This document shows positions 32,357 to 34,295 of a stretch of 34,295 nucleotides of DNA, in pieces (position 1 is the stretch's first letter; every line of letters begins with the position of its first letter). Source of the stretch: Usitatibacter sp. (lineage in GTDB: Bacteria > Pseudomonadota > Gammaproteobacteria > Burkholderiales > Usitatibacteraceae); NCBI GenBank assembly GCA_036377935.1, contig DASUXK010000368.1, forward strand, positions 1-34,295, read 5' to 3'. The translations under genes and the position numbers were made by a program. The notes beneath the pieces were generated by a model that was not told where the DNA came from, ran no database searches, and saw only the letters and a list, made by a program, of their open reading frames with translations.

Positions 32357-34295
32357 TCAAGCCGCCTGCTTCTTCGCGAGCTCGATCGCCGCATCCACGT
32401 CCACCTCCACGATCTTGGAGACGCCCGGCTCGGGCATGGTCACGCCGACGAGCTGCTGCGCGAGCTCCATGGTGATCTTGTTGTGGGTGATGAAGAGGAA
32501 CTGCGTCTGCGCCGACATCTGGCGCACCAGCTCGCAGAAGCGCTCGGTGTTCGGGTCGTCGAGCGGCGCGTCCACCTCGTCGAGCAGGCAGAAGGGCGCC
32601 GGGTTCAGCTTGAAGAGCGAGAAGACGAGCGAGATCGCGGTGAGCGCCTTCTCGCCGCCGGACAGGAGCTGGATCGACTGGTTCTTCTTGCCCGGCGGCT
32701 GCGCGAACACCTGCAGGCCCGCGTCGAGGATCTCCTCGCCCGTGAGCTTGAGGCTCGCCTGGCCGCCGCCGAAGAGCGCGGGGAACATCTCGCTGAAGTT
32801 GCGCGAGACGATGTCGAACGTCTCCTGCAGCAGCTCGCGCGTCTCGCGGTCGATGCGCTTGATCGCGGCTTCCAGCGTCTCCACGGCCTGCGCGAGGTCG
32901 GTGGCCTGCGCGTCGAGGTACGTCTTCCTCTCGCGCGCGGTCTCCAGCTCCGAGAGCGCGGCGAGGTTCACCGGCCCCAGCGCCGCGATCTCCTCGTTCA
33001 GGCGGTTGATCTCGGCCTGCATCCCCGAGGAGCGCACGCGCTTCTCGATCTGCTCGGCCATCTCCTCGCGCGTGACGCCCGCTTCCTGGAGCTGCCCGGC
33101 GTACTGCTCGACATGCGTCGCCGCCTCCTGCTCCTTCACGCGCAGCTCGGTGATCCTTTCGCGCAGCGGATTCAACCCCTGCTCGACGGCGAGGCGCGAC
33201 TCCTCGATCGCGCGCAGCCGCTCGGTCACGTGCTCGAGCCCCCCGCGCGCATCGGCGAGCGCGCGCTCGCGCTCGGCCTTCACGGCGAGGGCCTGCTGCA
33301 GCCGCTCGCGCACGTTGCCCTCGTCGAGCTTGCCGAGCTCCGCCGCGGCGTTCTCGCGGGTCGCGGCGAGCGCGGCCAGCCGCTCGCGCAGCGACACCAC
33401 GAGCTGCGACTGCGCCTCGACCTTGTCGCGCGCGCCGCGCTCCTGGAAGCGCGCCTCGGACAGCGCCCGCTCGGCATCGGCGATGCCGCGGCGCGCCGCG
33501 TCGAGCGCCGCTTGCGCGGCCTTCGCCGCGTCCTCGAGCGCCTGCACGCGCTGCACGATCTCCTCGATCCGGCGCGAGCCTTCCTCCATCGCGTGCTGCG
33601 CCTCCTGCATCTCCAGGCGCTCGCGGCCCTCCTCCTCCTCGAGCGTGGCGAGCTCCGCGCGGATCGCCTCGCGGCGCTGCTCGGCCTGCTGCGAGCTCTG
33701 GGCGAGCTTGAGGTAGTCCACCTCGAGCGAGTGGCTGTGCTGGCGCGCGCGATTCACCTCGTCGCGCAGGCGCTGCGCGTCTTCCTGTCCCGAGCGCAGC
33801 TCCTGCTCGAGCGACCGGAGCGCGTCTTCCACCTCGCCGCGGGCGCGGGTGCGCTCGGGGATTCGCCCCTGCAGGTCCTCGATCTCGCGCTGGCGCTGCA
33901 GCACCCCGTGCAATTCCGATTGCGGGCCGTGGAAGACCACGCCCTGCCGGCCGAAGAGGTGCCCGGCCTTCGAGACGAGGAGGCCGCCGGGCGGAAGGAT
34001 GCGCGCGAGCGCCATGCCATCCTCGCCGTCGGGCAGCAGGTAGACGTGCGCGAGCGCGTCGCGCAGGTACGAGGAGACGCCGCCGCGCGAGCTCGTCACC
34101 ACGGACGAGAGCGGCTTGAGATGCGAGCCGGCAGCCGCGGCCTCGGGCGCGCCGCGCTCCAGGAAGAGCGCGAGGTTCGCGGGCGGGGCGTCACGCAGGA
34201 TCTCGGGCAGGAAGGAATCGTCCCCGAGGCGCACGGCATTGAGGCGCACGCCCAGCGCGGCTTCGACGGCATCGTCCCAGCCGGCCTCGACGTGG
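32357..34295 (-). CDS. smc: Chromosome segregation protein SMC, C-terminal part; 5' end outside the window
   Basis: End of hinge, long coiled coil, LGPVNLAAL, PPGKK, signature LSGGEKAL, Walker B PFCLLDEVDAPLD, FITHNK. Confidence 0.97.
   Translation of the reverse strand, partial: HVEAGWDDAVEAALGVRLNAVRLGDDSFLPEILRDAPPANLALFLERGAPEAAAAGSHLKPLSSVVTSSRGGVSSYLRDALAHVYLLPDGEDGMALARILPPGGLLVSKAGHLFGRQGVVFHGPQSELHGVLQRQREIEDLQGRIPERTRARGEVEDALRSLEQELRSGQEDAQRLRDEVNRARQHSHSLEVDYLKLAQSSQQAEQRREAIRAELATLEEEEGRERLEMQEAQHAMEEGSRRIEEIVQRVQALEDAAKAAQAALDAARRGIADAERALSEARFQERGARDKVEAQSQLVVSLRERLAALAATRENAAAELGKLDEGNVRERLQQALAVKAERERALADARGGLEHVTERLRAIEESRLAVEQGLNPLRERITELRVKEQEAATHVEQYAGQLQEAGVTREEMAEQIEKRVRSSGMQAEINRLNEEIAALGPVNLAALSELETARERKTYLDAQATDLAQAVETLEAAIKRIDRETRELLQETFDIVSRNFSEMFPALFGGGQASLKLTGEEILDAGLQVFAQPPGKKNQSIQLLSGGEKALTAISLVFSLFKLNPAPFCLLDEVDAPLDDPNTERFCELVRQMSAQTQFLFITHNKITMELAQQLVGVTMPEPGVSKIVEVDVDAAIELAKKQAA

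Overview
High-GC bacterial chromosome segment whose gene order is typical of Betaproteobacteria, almost entirely housekeeping. Left end: ppsA (partial) divergent from ppsR, then a ~5.6 kb apparently accessory block (GDSL autotransporter esterase, two small divergent Cys-motif proteins, a patatin-POTRA-beta-barrel protein, a YhhQ-type queuosine precursor transporter). Centre: the conserved minus-strand run rpsB-tsf-pyrH-frr-uppS-cdsA-dxr-rseP-bamA-skp-lpxD-fabZ-lpxA-lpxB-rnhB-TrmH-family. Right: map-glnD on plus, converging on smc(partial)-zipA-like-ligA-galU-hpt-MTA/MTI phosphorylase-def-membrane protein on minus. I saw no tRNA, rRNA, CRISPR array, transposase, integrase or phage gene, and I cannot support a complete novel system. 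Best oddities: (1) an in-frame TAG inside an otherwise intact map gene; (2) three distinct families of intergenic palindromic elements (GGGG-N5-CCCC hairpins, a CGTC-tagged REP dimer, and a 10-nt-periodic CACGGATGAA element, one probable remnant overlapping a start/stop junction); (3) an unannotated 36-aa ORF with a strong SD filling the gap after def; (4) two probable leaderless genes; (5) two type V lipolytic outer-membrane proteins next to the bam/lpx operon. All product calls are from motif recognition by eye, with no database searches.
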